50,412 nucleotides of DNA from Catajapyx aquilonaris (Eukaryota). The stretch lies in the NCBI GenBank assembly GCA_000934665.2, contig JYFJ02002965.1:1-50412 (forward strand), written 5' to 3'. Position numbers and translations under genes: made by a program. Positions 21,234 to 33,175 of the stretch are shown one piece after another (the first letter of the stretch is position 1; each line of letters starts with the position of its first letter). The notes below the pieces were generated by a model, which saw only the letters and a program-made list of their open reading frames with translations, was not told where the DNA came from and did not search any database.

Positions 21234-24200
21234 GTATGCGATACTTTTGTCGAACCGCCGTCAAACTGATTAGATTTCACCCCCACTCCACGGGGACCCC
21301 CCCTCGGCTCCATTTGCGTCTCTGTGACCCAGCCGGTTGGACACCGACAGTCTAAATCAGCAATTAGCTCAAATCTGAACATTTCCTAAGCAATTTCTAT
21401 GGTCAGTTACGTGTTGCAAACGGTATTATTGCTATTGCGCGTATTGTTGTTATTATTGCGATGTGGCAGGCACGAGAATGCAAACTAGCCGTACTGTCTC
21501 GGAGGAATGCATACCGTATGTTGCATGTACAGTGTGACGCGCTATTTTCGTTCAGCCCATGTCACGTCATATGAAAGCAAATTAGAGCCAAATTTTGTAT
21601 TGAAAATTGGCGCCGGTAATAGCACTTTTGATCTTTTCCGACTGTAGGCTGATTATTCGGGGGGGCGTTGAGTCAGCAAATAATTATTGTGCAGATAGGA
21701 AGTAATCGCAGATTGGGAACTATCGCGGGAAGGAGGCAGCCAGAGAAAGATTGGTGTTCTTGGGCAGCCGCCTAGCCACACGACCAACTAATCGGCCGAT
21801 AAAATTCTTCATAAAAGCTACGTTACAAGATGCGGACTTGTTTTTATCAATAGCCTACCCGAGCGACTCGACCTGCCATTTTGTTAACAATGCATCTGTG
21901 CAGAAATTAATGTCTCGGCCGGGAAGAGAAGGAGAGGTGACCCACACACGCACACAATATAGGCCAACATTCAAGGCTGCTTATGGAGGGGGAGGGAGGG
22001 GAAAGAAAGAAATGAGGAGCTTGTAAGTGAGGGGGGGGGGTGTTATGTCTGAGGAGGCGAGATGCAACTTGACGCCTTTTTGCTTCAGAATTCAATGGGC
22101 AATTTCTCCCCCACGCTGCCATACCCAACTGAGGGATAATAAAAATCCCTTTCAAAGTGAGCACAAATAGCCACTGTGGTATTGTCTTTTCCTTCACCCC
22201 ACCCCCCAGGTTTGCACCCGGCCCACCCCCACCACAACCGCATAATTCCTGCTAAAAGAACTTAGTCCGTTTTTCCACTGATCATTTTTTTTTTGGATTA
22301 TATTTATGAGATGTATGTACGCGAAAAAAATTCTGAGAAAAACAGTTAAGTTCAGGTAACCGAGTTTTGCAGTCAGTCAAGAGTACTTTTGGGGAGGGGA
22401 TGGCCGTTGCGTCACCCATGTTTACCTGGTGGGGTTGGCTAAGGTGAGAGGGGGACCAGCCCCGAAGCGACTTGTCGATCTGCATCCGCATTGGAAAAAC
22501 TTCTCTTCCCGGGCCGGATTTCCGTTTCCTTTCCGGACCAACTCAAAACCAACTTGGATCCAGCCATGTTACGCATTGAAGTCAATACATGACGCCACCA
22601 CATTTTTACATGAAACGCGTAATTTTAAAGGGGGTTGACATTCCAGTACGTGTCTGTCAGCCATCACATGCGTAGGACTCAGATTCAGTTTTGTGAGTGA
22701 GCATGTGACGTCAGTCGATTTCGTCAACCTTTCGGTGCTGGAATGGCCGCATCGCGTGCTGGGACACCACTGTTTGTCCCTCCAACTATCTCGAATACGA
22801 CATTAACTTTTTCTTTCTTCAAAAAAAAAGAGACGTTGGATGCTGCTAGTGTATAAGAAAGTCAGCGACAGACGTCTTCGGGTCAATCGGTCAGGTGCGG
22901 GTCAAGAGTCTCGCGGAGGAAATATAAATCGGTGGTGGTAAGGGGGGGCCTTATATAGGCAAAGCGCGTAAACATGTCAAATGGGTCGCGGCAAAATAGT
23001 CGGATCTCTGTTCTTGTCCTTGGGAATTAAGACATGTATATAGCTGCAGGTGGCCCAACATGGTCCACTGCTTCTTTATTGACCAAAGGGGAGTCAAACA
23101 CCATTGACTTCACATGTTCCGTAGCCGAAAATGGTCTTCGGCCTCCCCAAAAAACAGTCCCTTTTTTATTCGAAACAATTGAAATGTATGGGGGGGAGGA
23201 GGTTTATGAGATAGTTGGCTTGAGATAATTAGTCGCATGCGGCTTCAGATTATACTCTCAATATTATGCTTTACAGGATAAGATTAGTTTTAACTGCTGC
23301 AACATGCTGCCTCCATTTTCTCGCCCTCCCTCCCTCCTCCTCCTCCTCCTCCCATCCAACTTATCGATACTCATTATTTGTTCCAAAAGTATAGTTTTAT
23401 CAGTGCAGTTGGTGCATCTGTGCCCAGTAATCCTCAGATAGTCAGAAAAGAGTGAGCGGAATAGTCGGTTTTTCGAGTGTTTGCACAGCAGTATAGGATG
23501 ACGGGGGTTGGATTCACGTGAGACCGCCTGTTTGTCCGGCCGCCCTTTGACCTCTGCCCCCATACGGATCCGTTTGGCAACGTGGCAGCCCCGGGGTCAA
23601 AGTTGTCCCCTCAAAGCTGGAAAACTGCCACCCCCCCTCGTCCTCACTCGGTTGCCCAACTTTTCTGTACTGTTTATTGGGAGCAAACTACTTTGTGAAG
23701 GAATGCAAAATAAGGGCGATTAACTCGGTTTGACATTGTTAGTTACTCGAGGAATTTCGAGTGCGTAGATCCTATAGTTAGGTAAATGCACTTTGGAAGG
23801 ACATGATGGGGGGTAGCTGACAGATGAGTTGGAGGGAGATATGTGCATGAATAGGAAGAGAGAGAGAGAGAGATGCAAGGGGAACGACTGCGACCCTTCT
23901 GGTTAAGGGTCGTCGAAGATCCTTGGCTCAGGGCCACGTGACCTCCGTGACCTCTCCGTCGCTCGCCAGCAGATTTATACTCAAAGTCGGCCCATCCCCG
24001 CCAATATAACCCCAACCTCTAGCAACCCATATGAACCTCCCCTTCCAGTTTTTTCCTTGCCTGTTTTTTGAGAAGAAAGAGAGCTCTTCTCTCCAGATTC
24101 CGGTAATACCATGGGTACCACTGGGGTGTATACCACCCCGACCTCTCGAGGACGGCCACCGGCTGACTGCTACTGAACGACTGATTGCTGGCGGCCACAA

Positions 24201-25027
24201 CAAACCGCGTTTGTTTGGAAGATTGCACTTATCACGGCAGATATTAGGTCGTGGCTTGTGCAAGTGCACTGTGCGACAGGTTGAGGACCTGATTAATATA
24301 TTGATTCTGTAGTCGGACGGTCGTAATGTTGATGGGGTTTAAATCTGTACGCTGAACGTGATCAACACTGGCCTAATTACTGAATAATGAGGTGTGCTCA
24401 TTTCTCACTTCTTACGAGTTGTGACACAATGCGGAGTATTGTGTATCGTTACCGGTTCGTGTTTCAACATGCTTAATTTTATGTAATACTGGTTTGCAAT
24501 TGTGCAGAGTAAAACCGGGTGTATGCTGCAGAATTTACACATTCAAAATGGACACACCATATTTGTACAATTTTGAGAGATAAGGATTAATCTCGCAATA
24601 TTTCACTTATTTTAGTAATCGTCACTTATATACGAAATATTCCTGACTCATGGAAGCAAACGTTATTTTATATTCAGCGCTATTTTGGAGTACATTCTCA
24701 GTATTTGTGCTTTCGAATGGGCATGTATGAAAAAAGGGGAATAAGAAAGTGCACAATTTGACTCGGTGTGGTTAGAGTAGGGCACAGTAGATGTTTTGGC
24801 TGAGAGGAGGATGGTGGCGCGAAAATAGTCCTTCGGGTTGGGGTTTCCTCTTTGCGGTGAGTAGACGCAGGAAGAAGGCAAGCCGAGTTCCTTCTCGTAG
24901 CAGGAAAACTAAGCACTCTGGTAGAAAACGTGGCATATAGACCCTGCCGGTAAAATAATCTCGACTTGCTCCAGGCGGTTATTTGTTGCGTCGTTTGACA
25001 TAAATGGTGACTGTTTCAGAGGAACGC

Positions 25028-28000
25028 ATGGCCCTAGAATCAGCGATGTGTGCGTCATCTTCATCTTCGTCATCCCCCCCGTCCCCGTCGCCTTCGCCAT
25101 CACAGGCCCAGGCCACACCAGAGGAACAGCTGTCACCCGGTGGCACCTCTGTGGCGACACCCTTGGCGCCTCCATTGCCGCCCTCGGCTCCATCCTCCCA
25201 GCCCCACACGCCATCTCCAGGGACATCGTCGCCCAGCACTCCGACGCTGATGCTGGACCACAACCAGAACCACCAGCCGCAACACCATCACCTGGCTGCT
25301 GCCTTCGCCGACGCCGACCACTACGATGTGCTTGAAACTGCGGCCTCCGACCTCCCCATTATCAAAAGGGAGAACTCATACTCGTCGGAGAGGTAAGTAT
25401 CATTTGCTGTGATCAGGAAAAAAGCCGTATCTGCATGCAATCTGGAGACGCCTCCATTAGACTGCAGATAAGCCTTTTTTCCTCCTGACCGCGGCAGTCA
25501 TTTGACATGCGTGTGATTTATAGGTGGTGCAGTTTCTCCGACAGCAACCACCAGGCGCATCCTCCAGGGCTTCCTCCACCGCCAACGACCTGCAGTTCAG
25601 AGTTGAAGCCGCTTTTGAGCCTGGGGCTGGGCCTGGGGTTTGGCTTGGGGATAACCGCAGACCCGCTTGATCTGGCTGCTCTGCACCCATTGACTACTTC
25701 TAATTCCAACTCTATCGGCGGTGCCAACAATGACGGCCGCGCCGAAGCGTACTTCGATCTGCACCCGGCCTTCCACCACCATGACCTCGGGTAAGTATCC
25801 TTCACTTGCCCATCAGCGTCAAGTCTCGATTGGCTTACACAAGCTCCCGGGGTTACACAACATAATATTATCTTCAACATAATATTCAGCATATTATAGG
25901 GCCGTATCGAAATGCTCCAAGTTCATCTAGCTATGGAAATGGCTCCAATTTTTAAAGCAAGCATTATAATGGTTATACGGTTACTCGATTATCTATTTCT
26001 GTAAAAAGTCAGGGATCAAATGATGAGTCAAGGACATTGTTCAAACTTGAGACAAAATTATAGCTATAGTATGATTATATTTTGCTTGCTGTATTAGAGA
26101 TGTGTACAACATGCAACATAGTCATTGAATTTTTTATTGCCCAATTGACTATTTCTCTGACATTTCTTCCTGAAGTGATGATAATTGGAATCATGTCCAG
26201 TGATGTGGTTCTCATTAATTGTGCATCTGTTTTAAAAGTGACACGTAAGTTACTCGACCCGCGGCATTTTTGGTCTCACACGAAATTACTAAGACCATGA
26301 TTTGTCATGCTGCAAAAGTTCCCAACCTAATGAGTCCAATACTCAACCGTAAGGTGTGAATCACGCCAAAGTAGGGTGACCCGTACTGTGAATAGTGACA
26401 CTCGTCTTACTTGAGCCTGCACCGCAACTGACCGACCACCAATATTATTTAGAGAGAGAGGTGCTGAATCATATCTCATCAACTGAGAGTCTTCTCAGTT
26501 TGAAAAGTGTCAAGCCGGCAATAAAATGTGGCAATATGACACGGAAGTACTGGGGCTGTAAAACTGTTAGAAAAGCAGATCATGGCTATAAGGACTTTGT
26601 GGAGTAGGACACGAGGAGGGGTGAAAGGGAAGGTGGGGTTTGAGGTGACCGAGGATCAAGTGGACAATGGTAAGCTCGAGTTTCCCAAGGCCGACCTCCC
26701 CCACGAGCCCTCCCCATTTTGCACTGTACGTTCCTCGGAATAATGTATGTTTTAGATTCCAGAATTTATAGTTGGGTCTTTTTATTCCCCTTTCTTTCCA
26801 AGTGCGAGTAATGGTGCAAATGGCGCCACTTTCCTCCTCTTTGGACTCCCTCGTCCTTTGCCAAACGGTGTCCTTCGCCCGAGCATAATAATTAGCCATT
26901 ATGTGACGCTGTGTTTGTGTGCGTGCGGCCAACGTACGCCGTTGTGTACACTACACAGGCCGGGAGGGCTGTCTCAGCTATTTGCTGTGTGCGAGTGCAA
27001 GCAGCGGCGTGATGCCGATGGCCTCTGGCGCAACCTAGCTCTGCATGTATATTTTCAATCCTCTTTGCAGAAGCGGAGGTCCTGGAGCGATGGTACTGGG
27101 ACGTGGCTCCAGCGACGCACATGGAAGCAACGGTGCTCCAGAACTGAGCTGGGCCGAAGAGCTGAAAGCCTACTCGCATCCACACCAGCACCAGTTCCAG
27201 CAGCAGAGGTCCGTCTTCCCAAGTGTGGTCAGCGGGGTCAGCAACGCTTCCTCCACTTCTTCAGCCATCACTTCTCTGGCCAGGAACAACGGGGTGACCA
27301 CAGTCTCCACAACGCCCTCGGTGTCCTCTCCATACGCCTCATACGACATGGGGCTGGGTATGGGCATGGGGGCGGCCATGGGCATGAGCATGGCCTCCTG
27401 GGCCCAGCCGGCGCCACCGCCCCCTCCCCCTCCACACCACCACCAGCACCATATGTCTTCGGGGTCCTCTTCGTCACCCACCTCCCCGGCGCCATCTTCC
27501 AGCTACCCCGATCCGTACGCCGCTGCAGCAGCCGCCGCCATGCACCGCCGCAATGCAGCAGGTCAGTCTTGCACCTTTTCTGTCACTTTTGAACCCCCCT
27601 CATGCCCGGAGACGCCATATCTGGACAATCTCTGGGAGCATTAATTTTAGGCCCGAGTTTTGGAAGAGCCATAAGTCTCTTAGGGATGGTGGGGGTTGGG
27701 GCGCCTGGCTGTCTGTGGCCGTTGCTGGCAAGTCTGGCCAGAGTCATCTTCCTCAGACAGAGTCAAAGGGCTGCTGGCAGCTGCTGGCACCGGCCACATA
27801 TATATTCCATCTCAAGTTCCCCTGGGACCTGCTCAAAAGAGGCCCTTTTTCCATCCCCTTTCATCCGAAACCAGTTGACGGGGCCCAACAAGGGACCGCT
27901 TCGACCTATAATTACGTTAGTCGCGCGTGGCAATTTGTACGCTTAGTTTCCTCTCCGGTGCCTTCGCGGACCCTATTTTTCTTCGGCCAGGCCTTTCCTC

Positions 28001-30645
28001 GGCACGCTTAATAGGTTGCCGTTTAGTTTGATTTATGGGGCAAGGCCCTAATAAATTCGGGCGTAAAATTAATAGTGGAGATGGTGGAAATTCCGGAATC
28101 TTAAAACTTTTTATTAATAATTTATTATTCGTATCAAAATTTTAATAATCTTCAACAATACAAGTCATTATACATTTAACTTAAACTTTAAATTTTTTGC
28201 GCTTCGGTATTTATTACGTGAGATAATTTCAATGCCGTAATTGTTACGCAACTGATAGCGCCATAATGTTTGCGAAAACTTCTGCGAGACGCCCATTCTT
28301 TTTTGCGAGTGTGTGGGTACAAACAAAATGACAATGGAGGTATGGAAGACATATGTTGAGATATTCGTACCAGTTGTTGTGAGCTGCCTTGGTATGCGGC
28401 CTACGTAATACACGACGCCATTGGTGACGTGCCGGGAACGATCAAACAAAGTCAGACGGGGCTCAGCAATGCTATGCTTTTGGAATATCCTGCAGAATTA
28501 TGCAGTACGAGGATGTGGGTTGTGAAGGTTCGTGGATTTTAGCGTGTGTCTAGTGTTGTGTGCAAGGATGTGTGCGACTGACTCTTCGCGGAGAAATTCG
28601 AGGGAAGTCCTTGCATTTTGTTTGTACCTTGTTATGACCATTTTTATTCCAGGACCTGGCCTCAGCAACATTCAGTTTAGCCAGTGCAGTGTTTTTGACA
28701 ACAAGCTATGTTTGCTATTAGTAACTCGTTATATGTAAACATTTTGCTCAGTTTTGACATTTTACCCAAATATTAATAACGTTTTGCATTGAAGTTTTTA
28801 GTTCAATAGTCCTACTGAATGCCGCCCACAAATTCCGCCCTACGTCAGCAAAATTTTCATCCAATCTCAAATTGCAAACTTGACATGAAACCCAAGTAAT
28901 TTGACCCGGCCTTTGCTTTCACCCTCTGGGTTTTAGAATGAACTCTAGCTGACCCCTGCTGAAGTAAGTCGAATCCCTATTTAGCATTCCGTTATGAACC
29001 GGATTGGGTCCTGTAAAGTGACACTTATTGTAATGTGACTATATAGCTGACGTTTGGTTGCTCCCAGCCTGCTGCCCCCTCATGACAAAAATCGTAAGCT
29101 TGTAACAAAGAGAGGGGGTGCCTATAAAGCTGTGAGCTACTACATTACAGTTGTAGAGGCGGAGTTCATGTCAGAAGGGCGCGAGTGCGTGAACTGCGGA
29201 GCAATATCGACGCCCCTCTGGCGCCGCGACGGCACAGGGCATTACCTCTGCAATGCCTGCGGGTTGTACCACAAGATGAACGGCATGAACCGGCCGCTGG
29301 TCAAGCAGCCGCGTCGCCTGGTGAGTGCCGCCCGGAGCCTCCTAACCTCCGACCTTTCTCTCTCCTCTTCAGCCGAGCAGCCCGATTACTTCAATGGCTA
29401 CTCGTTCGCTGGGTTTAATGGGGCGCACCGGCCTCTGGAAGAGAAAGCCAGCCGCCGCCTGGTACGTGAGCTGCTCCTCCTTTCGTCTCTACTTCATTCC
29501 CTGTCGACATGACTTGACCTGACTTGACATATCTGTTGCCTATGCGCCATTTTATTAGCGTTATGCCTTTGCCTTTGTCTGATATCCTGCTGCACCACCT
29601 GCTGTTTGATGGACTCAAAATGCCTGCACCTCCCACCTGCATCTAGTTGGTTGCGGAATACAATGAGCGGGGTTTGCATTCTCCTCCCGAGGCCGGAGCT
29701 GCTGTTGGTTGGGCGGGATGGGGGTTATATACCATGGAGGGATGGATGATGGGAGGGTTTGGGGTATAGCCAATCGGGAGACTGCAACTACTGCATCAGG
29801 CCATGGGAAAATATTGTTTTCACTTAACCCCCCCCGTCAAAGCAGTAGTCATTGTTGATGTGTGTTTCTTCCTTCTCTTTCGCTGCCATTTTGTAGATTC
29901 GTTTGTTGCTCGCGCGTACAAGTCTCCATTTCTTTGCTCTCGGGGGTGACAGAACATTGGGGCTTTGCTTGAGAAGAGCGAGAGAGAAAGAAAAGCAGTG
30001 TGGAACCAGAAGAGCACAGAGTGACCTCTTGTTCGTTTCAATTTCCAGTCTGGCACCCGTCGAGTGGGCATCTCTTGCACCAACTGCCAGACAAAGAACA
30101 CCAGCTTGTGGCGCCGCAACCAGCAGGGTGAGCCAGTATGCAACGCCTGCGGCCTCTACTACAAACTACACGGGGTCAACCGACCCATGGCCATGAAGAA
30201 GGACAGCATCCAGACGCGCAAGAGGAAGCCGAAAGGCAGTCTCCGAGGACCATCATCGGGCTCAGACACTCCGACGACACCAGCACACACGGTTTCAGCA
30301 GCGTCGGTGACAGCCTCTGTCAGCGTGGCTTCTTCGGGGTCAAGCATGACCTCCGTGATCAAGACCGAGGACGGCGGCATCGGAAAGGCCTACGCATTTG
30401 CCCATCCCATGGCCTCTCCATCACCATCCCCGTCCTCCTCTTCGTCACCCACGTCACCATCTGTTTTGCGGATTTCACCGCCACACCACTCGGCTTTGGC
30501 TCACACCCAACACACCCTTACCCACTCTCCGACTCTGTTGTCTCCCCACATCATGCATGCCCATGGGCACACCCACCCCCACTCCCTTCCAGAGCACTTG
30601 CAGCACCAGCAGGACAGGCCCAGCGTCGTCTCTCATTCCTCCTAA
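25028..30645 (+). CDS. srp: GATA transcription factor serpent/GATAb orthologue; two-finger isoform about 629 aa, C-finger-only isoform about 602 aa
   Basis: Exons 25028-25392, 25524-25790, 27071-27561, [29151-29320 or 29373-29461] and 30049-30645 join in phase. The N-finger [49 protein letters not shown] and C-finger [54 protein letters not shown] match Serpent signatures (GAIST, KQPRRL, TSLWRRN). Confidence 0.88.
29151..29320 (+). CDS. srp: srp alternative exon A (N-terminal zinc finger)
   Basis: Acceptor ttacag|29151 (tgtag|29157 also fits), phase 1 in; CTG|GTGAGT, phase 0 out. Confidence 0.92.
29373..29461 (+). CDS. srp: srp alternative exon B (fingerless, [30 protein letters not shown])
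   Basis: Long pyrimidine tract then ttcag|29373, phase 1 in; CTG|GTACGT, phase 0 out. Ends in RRL like exon A. Confidence 0.85.
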
Positions 30646-31252
30646 GCGAAGCACCGGTGCACTGTTTTCTAGCTCCTGTCATGCTGATGACTTTGCATCA
30701 GAGCAGTTTTTTTTCTATATCCGTCCCCTAAGATGACAATCAACATGTTATATCATTTAAAAATCAGGGTCATGTTTTGCCGCAATTACATCTGGTGTAT
30801 AGAAAAAAAGTGAATGCCATAGTGCATTGTATGGCAGGATGGATTTTCTTATGTATAATTATTATATAACTATCACACGTATTTCTAGTAGACCTAGTCT
30901 GTACAATATTGTTGGGTGCATTGAAAGTGGTAACCCTATATACTATAAGGAAGGAAATAATTGTTGGGTTGATTTTTTTTTTTTCCTGTGTCACTTGTTA
31001 GTCTGTTGAAATAGTTTTAGTACTGGGACATGCGTTCATTCTCGCCTCTTCCTTAAGTGAGTTCCTATGCACCGCGAGAATCTACCAACCCTGAACACGA
31101 TCATACATTCCTGTATCCAGTTCATTCCAATCAAGATGGACCATTTTTCTTTTGCTCACCAGCATTGGCCCCTCATTTTTTTGCTCTGTTTTGCTTTTGT
31201 ACAATGATGATGAAAATGTTCGACAGACCTACATTTTCATCACCTTTCTCTC

Positions 31253-31258
31253 AATAAA
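31253..31258 (+). terminator. Candidate polyadenylation signal of srp
   Basis: AATAAA about 600 nt after the stop codon, following an AT-rich UTR-like stretch. Confidence 0.5.
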
Positions 31259-32789
31259 TTCTTCTCGTTTTACATGGTTATCACACTTCAATCGAAAATA
31301 ATCATCCTGCTTTTACCATTCTTATTATCCCCCATCCATGTATCACTGTGCAAATGCGAAGGAAGATTCAGTAAATAACTATAAACTGTTGTTGCATAGT
31401 GTTAAGTTATTTCCAGTTAGCACTATATTGCCGCGCTGCGTTGGGTCACCCTTGACCTTGCAAGCTACTGGTGCCAGTTACAGGTCTCTCTCAGAAGTTT
31501 AGTAATGACTAGTTGCAGAAGTTTAAACAGTGTTACGATATTATAAGGTGCAGTACAAATGAAGTAAATTAAGTGCCTACATTTTGTTCTATGGCAGGGA
31601 TTTCTGGAAACTCATAATATAACAATTGCACAAGGTGGTCAAAATGGTGCGCATTTCCATGAGGTTTTATGCGCAAAAAATTACTGCTGATTTTCGCGAC
31701 AGAATTCATTACTGAGTACGTATTGCCAGGTAACTCACTTTTGACATTTCATACAAGTGACGTATTACGCATTTTGGTGGCTTACTTGGAATAATTGGGC
31801 GTCCAAATATTTTTCTGAGAATAAACTATGTTGCTCATGACATCCAACACCAAATTAGAGGATTAAAAGAAACACCTATTTTGTACCTAACTTATATCCT
31901 GTACAGATTGCTAAAGCATTGGAAATAATTCACATACGATACTGTATTGTACGATAGTGAAAGATGCTTTTACACTAAATGCACCTGAAGTCTAACTTTC
32001 AGTAGTAAATATGACGGTGATGTCACTGATGTGATAGCAGTAATGGCGTATGATCCCTCATCAATGGTTTTCGTATCATATAGCTACACCTGGCTTACTG
32101 CAAGTAAATGATCACTTTCTGCAATGACAGTTATTCTGAATGCCACGTGGATCATGTGGGCTCAGACCTTGACTTAAAACGACATAGATTCGACATTCGA
32201 GGATTCCACCTCAGTTGAGTTTTACTGTAAAATAATAACCTCGATACAACTTTTATCTGGCAGCACTCCCCCATTTTTTGACATTAAAAACGAAGCCCCC
32301 TGCAGCGAGGGTATGTGACGCAAATAGCTGGGTTCCCACTAATATGGAGTCCAATAAGGGCAAAAATTCCCCCCCTCAACCACCTATCCTCCCCTTTGAA
32401 TGGAACGGGGCGCACCTGCTGGACTTTGCTCTGATTAATCCATCGGAATGAGCTGCTGTTTTCATATTGCGAAATGCGCAGGTACAGTCCAGTGCACGAG
32501 GGGGTACCAGGGGGTCGAATCAAAAAGCAACACGATCATTGTGCATGTGGCCGGAATCGCCGGATGCTGGATATCCGCCTCTGCAGCTGCTGTTCCGTGA
32601 ATTGACCCTTGCCCTGAACCCAATGGCAACAGTCGGAGCAGTATGTGGGTTGCAGCCCAGTAAATCAGTGTGAATGAGGTGAAAGGCAGGGGTGTGAAGA
32701 AAGTTAGAAAAGTAGAGCATGGAGCATATTGTTGACACAAGGTGTGAGTCCAGGGTGACTTGGGGGGATGTGGTGAAGAGCAGTGGGTG

Positions 32790-33175
32790 GGGGTGTCAGG
32801 TGAGATAAGCCTGGATAGTTTGCTCAAGCGGGGGTTGCCCAGCAGCGCTATCAGAGGTAGCAGATAAGGAGTCCAAGTCGAGGAGGCGTCGCTGGGTTCG
32901 AGTCCCGCTCGGCTTGCTTTTCCTGGGCGATCCACGTCCATTTCAAAGCCGCGTCTCCCAGGACTACTCTTGTCCTGGTGCTGGAGCCACACAGGTTGCC
33001 ACTTACCTGCTTGGGGACAGTGGCCGACCTGCGCCATCGTGGGCCATTGCCACCAGCGCCAGCACCGCTGTTGCCGAGGCCTCCATCGTCGGAACTGCCT
33101 GCTGTCCCGTCTGCCGTCAGCAGCCGCCGCAACAGTATCTGCATCGTATCAGCCTACCCATATCTGTCCACAGTT
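32790..33175 (+). promoter_or_regulatory. Probable promoter and non-coding first exon of the GATAe-like gene
   Basis: GC-rich island with AGATAA at 32803 and 32862 and CTATCA at 32848. It switches to AT-rich sequence after about 33175. Confidence 0.45.

Noticed and set aside
26858..28011. 244-aa and 152-aa ORFs overlapping srp exon 3
   Set aside because: Alternative-frame products of GC-rich, low-complexity coding sequence and intron.
28653..28738. Extra srp exon after tttttattccag
   Set aside because: The acceptor is plausible, but no phase-1 donor occurs before the stop.
32462..33037. 191-aa antisense ORF at the GATAe promoter
   Set aside because: No domain signal; expected by chance in a GC-rich island.
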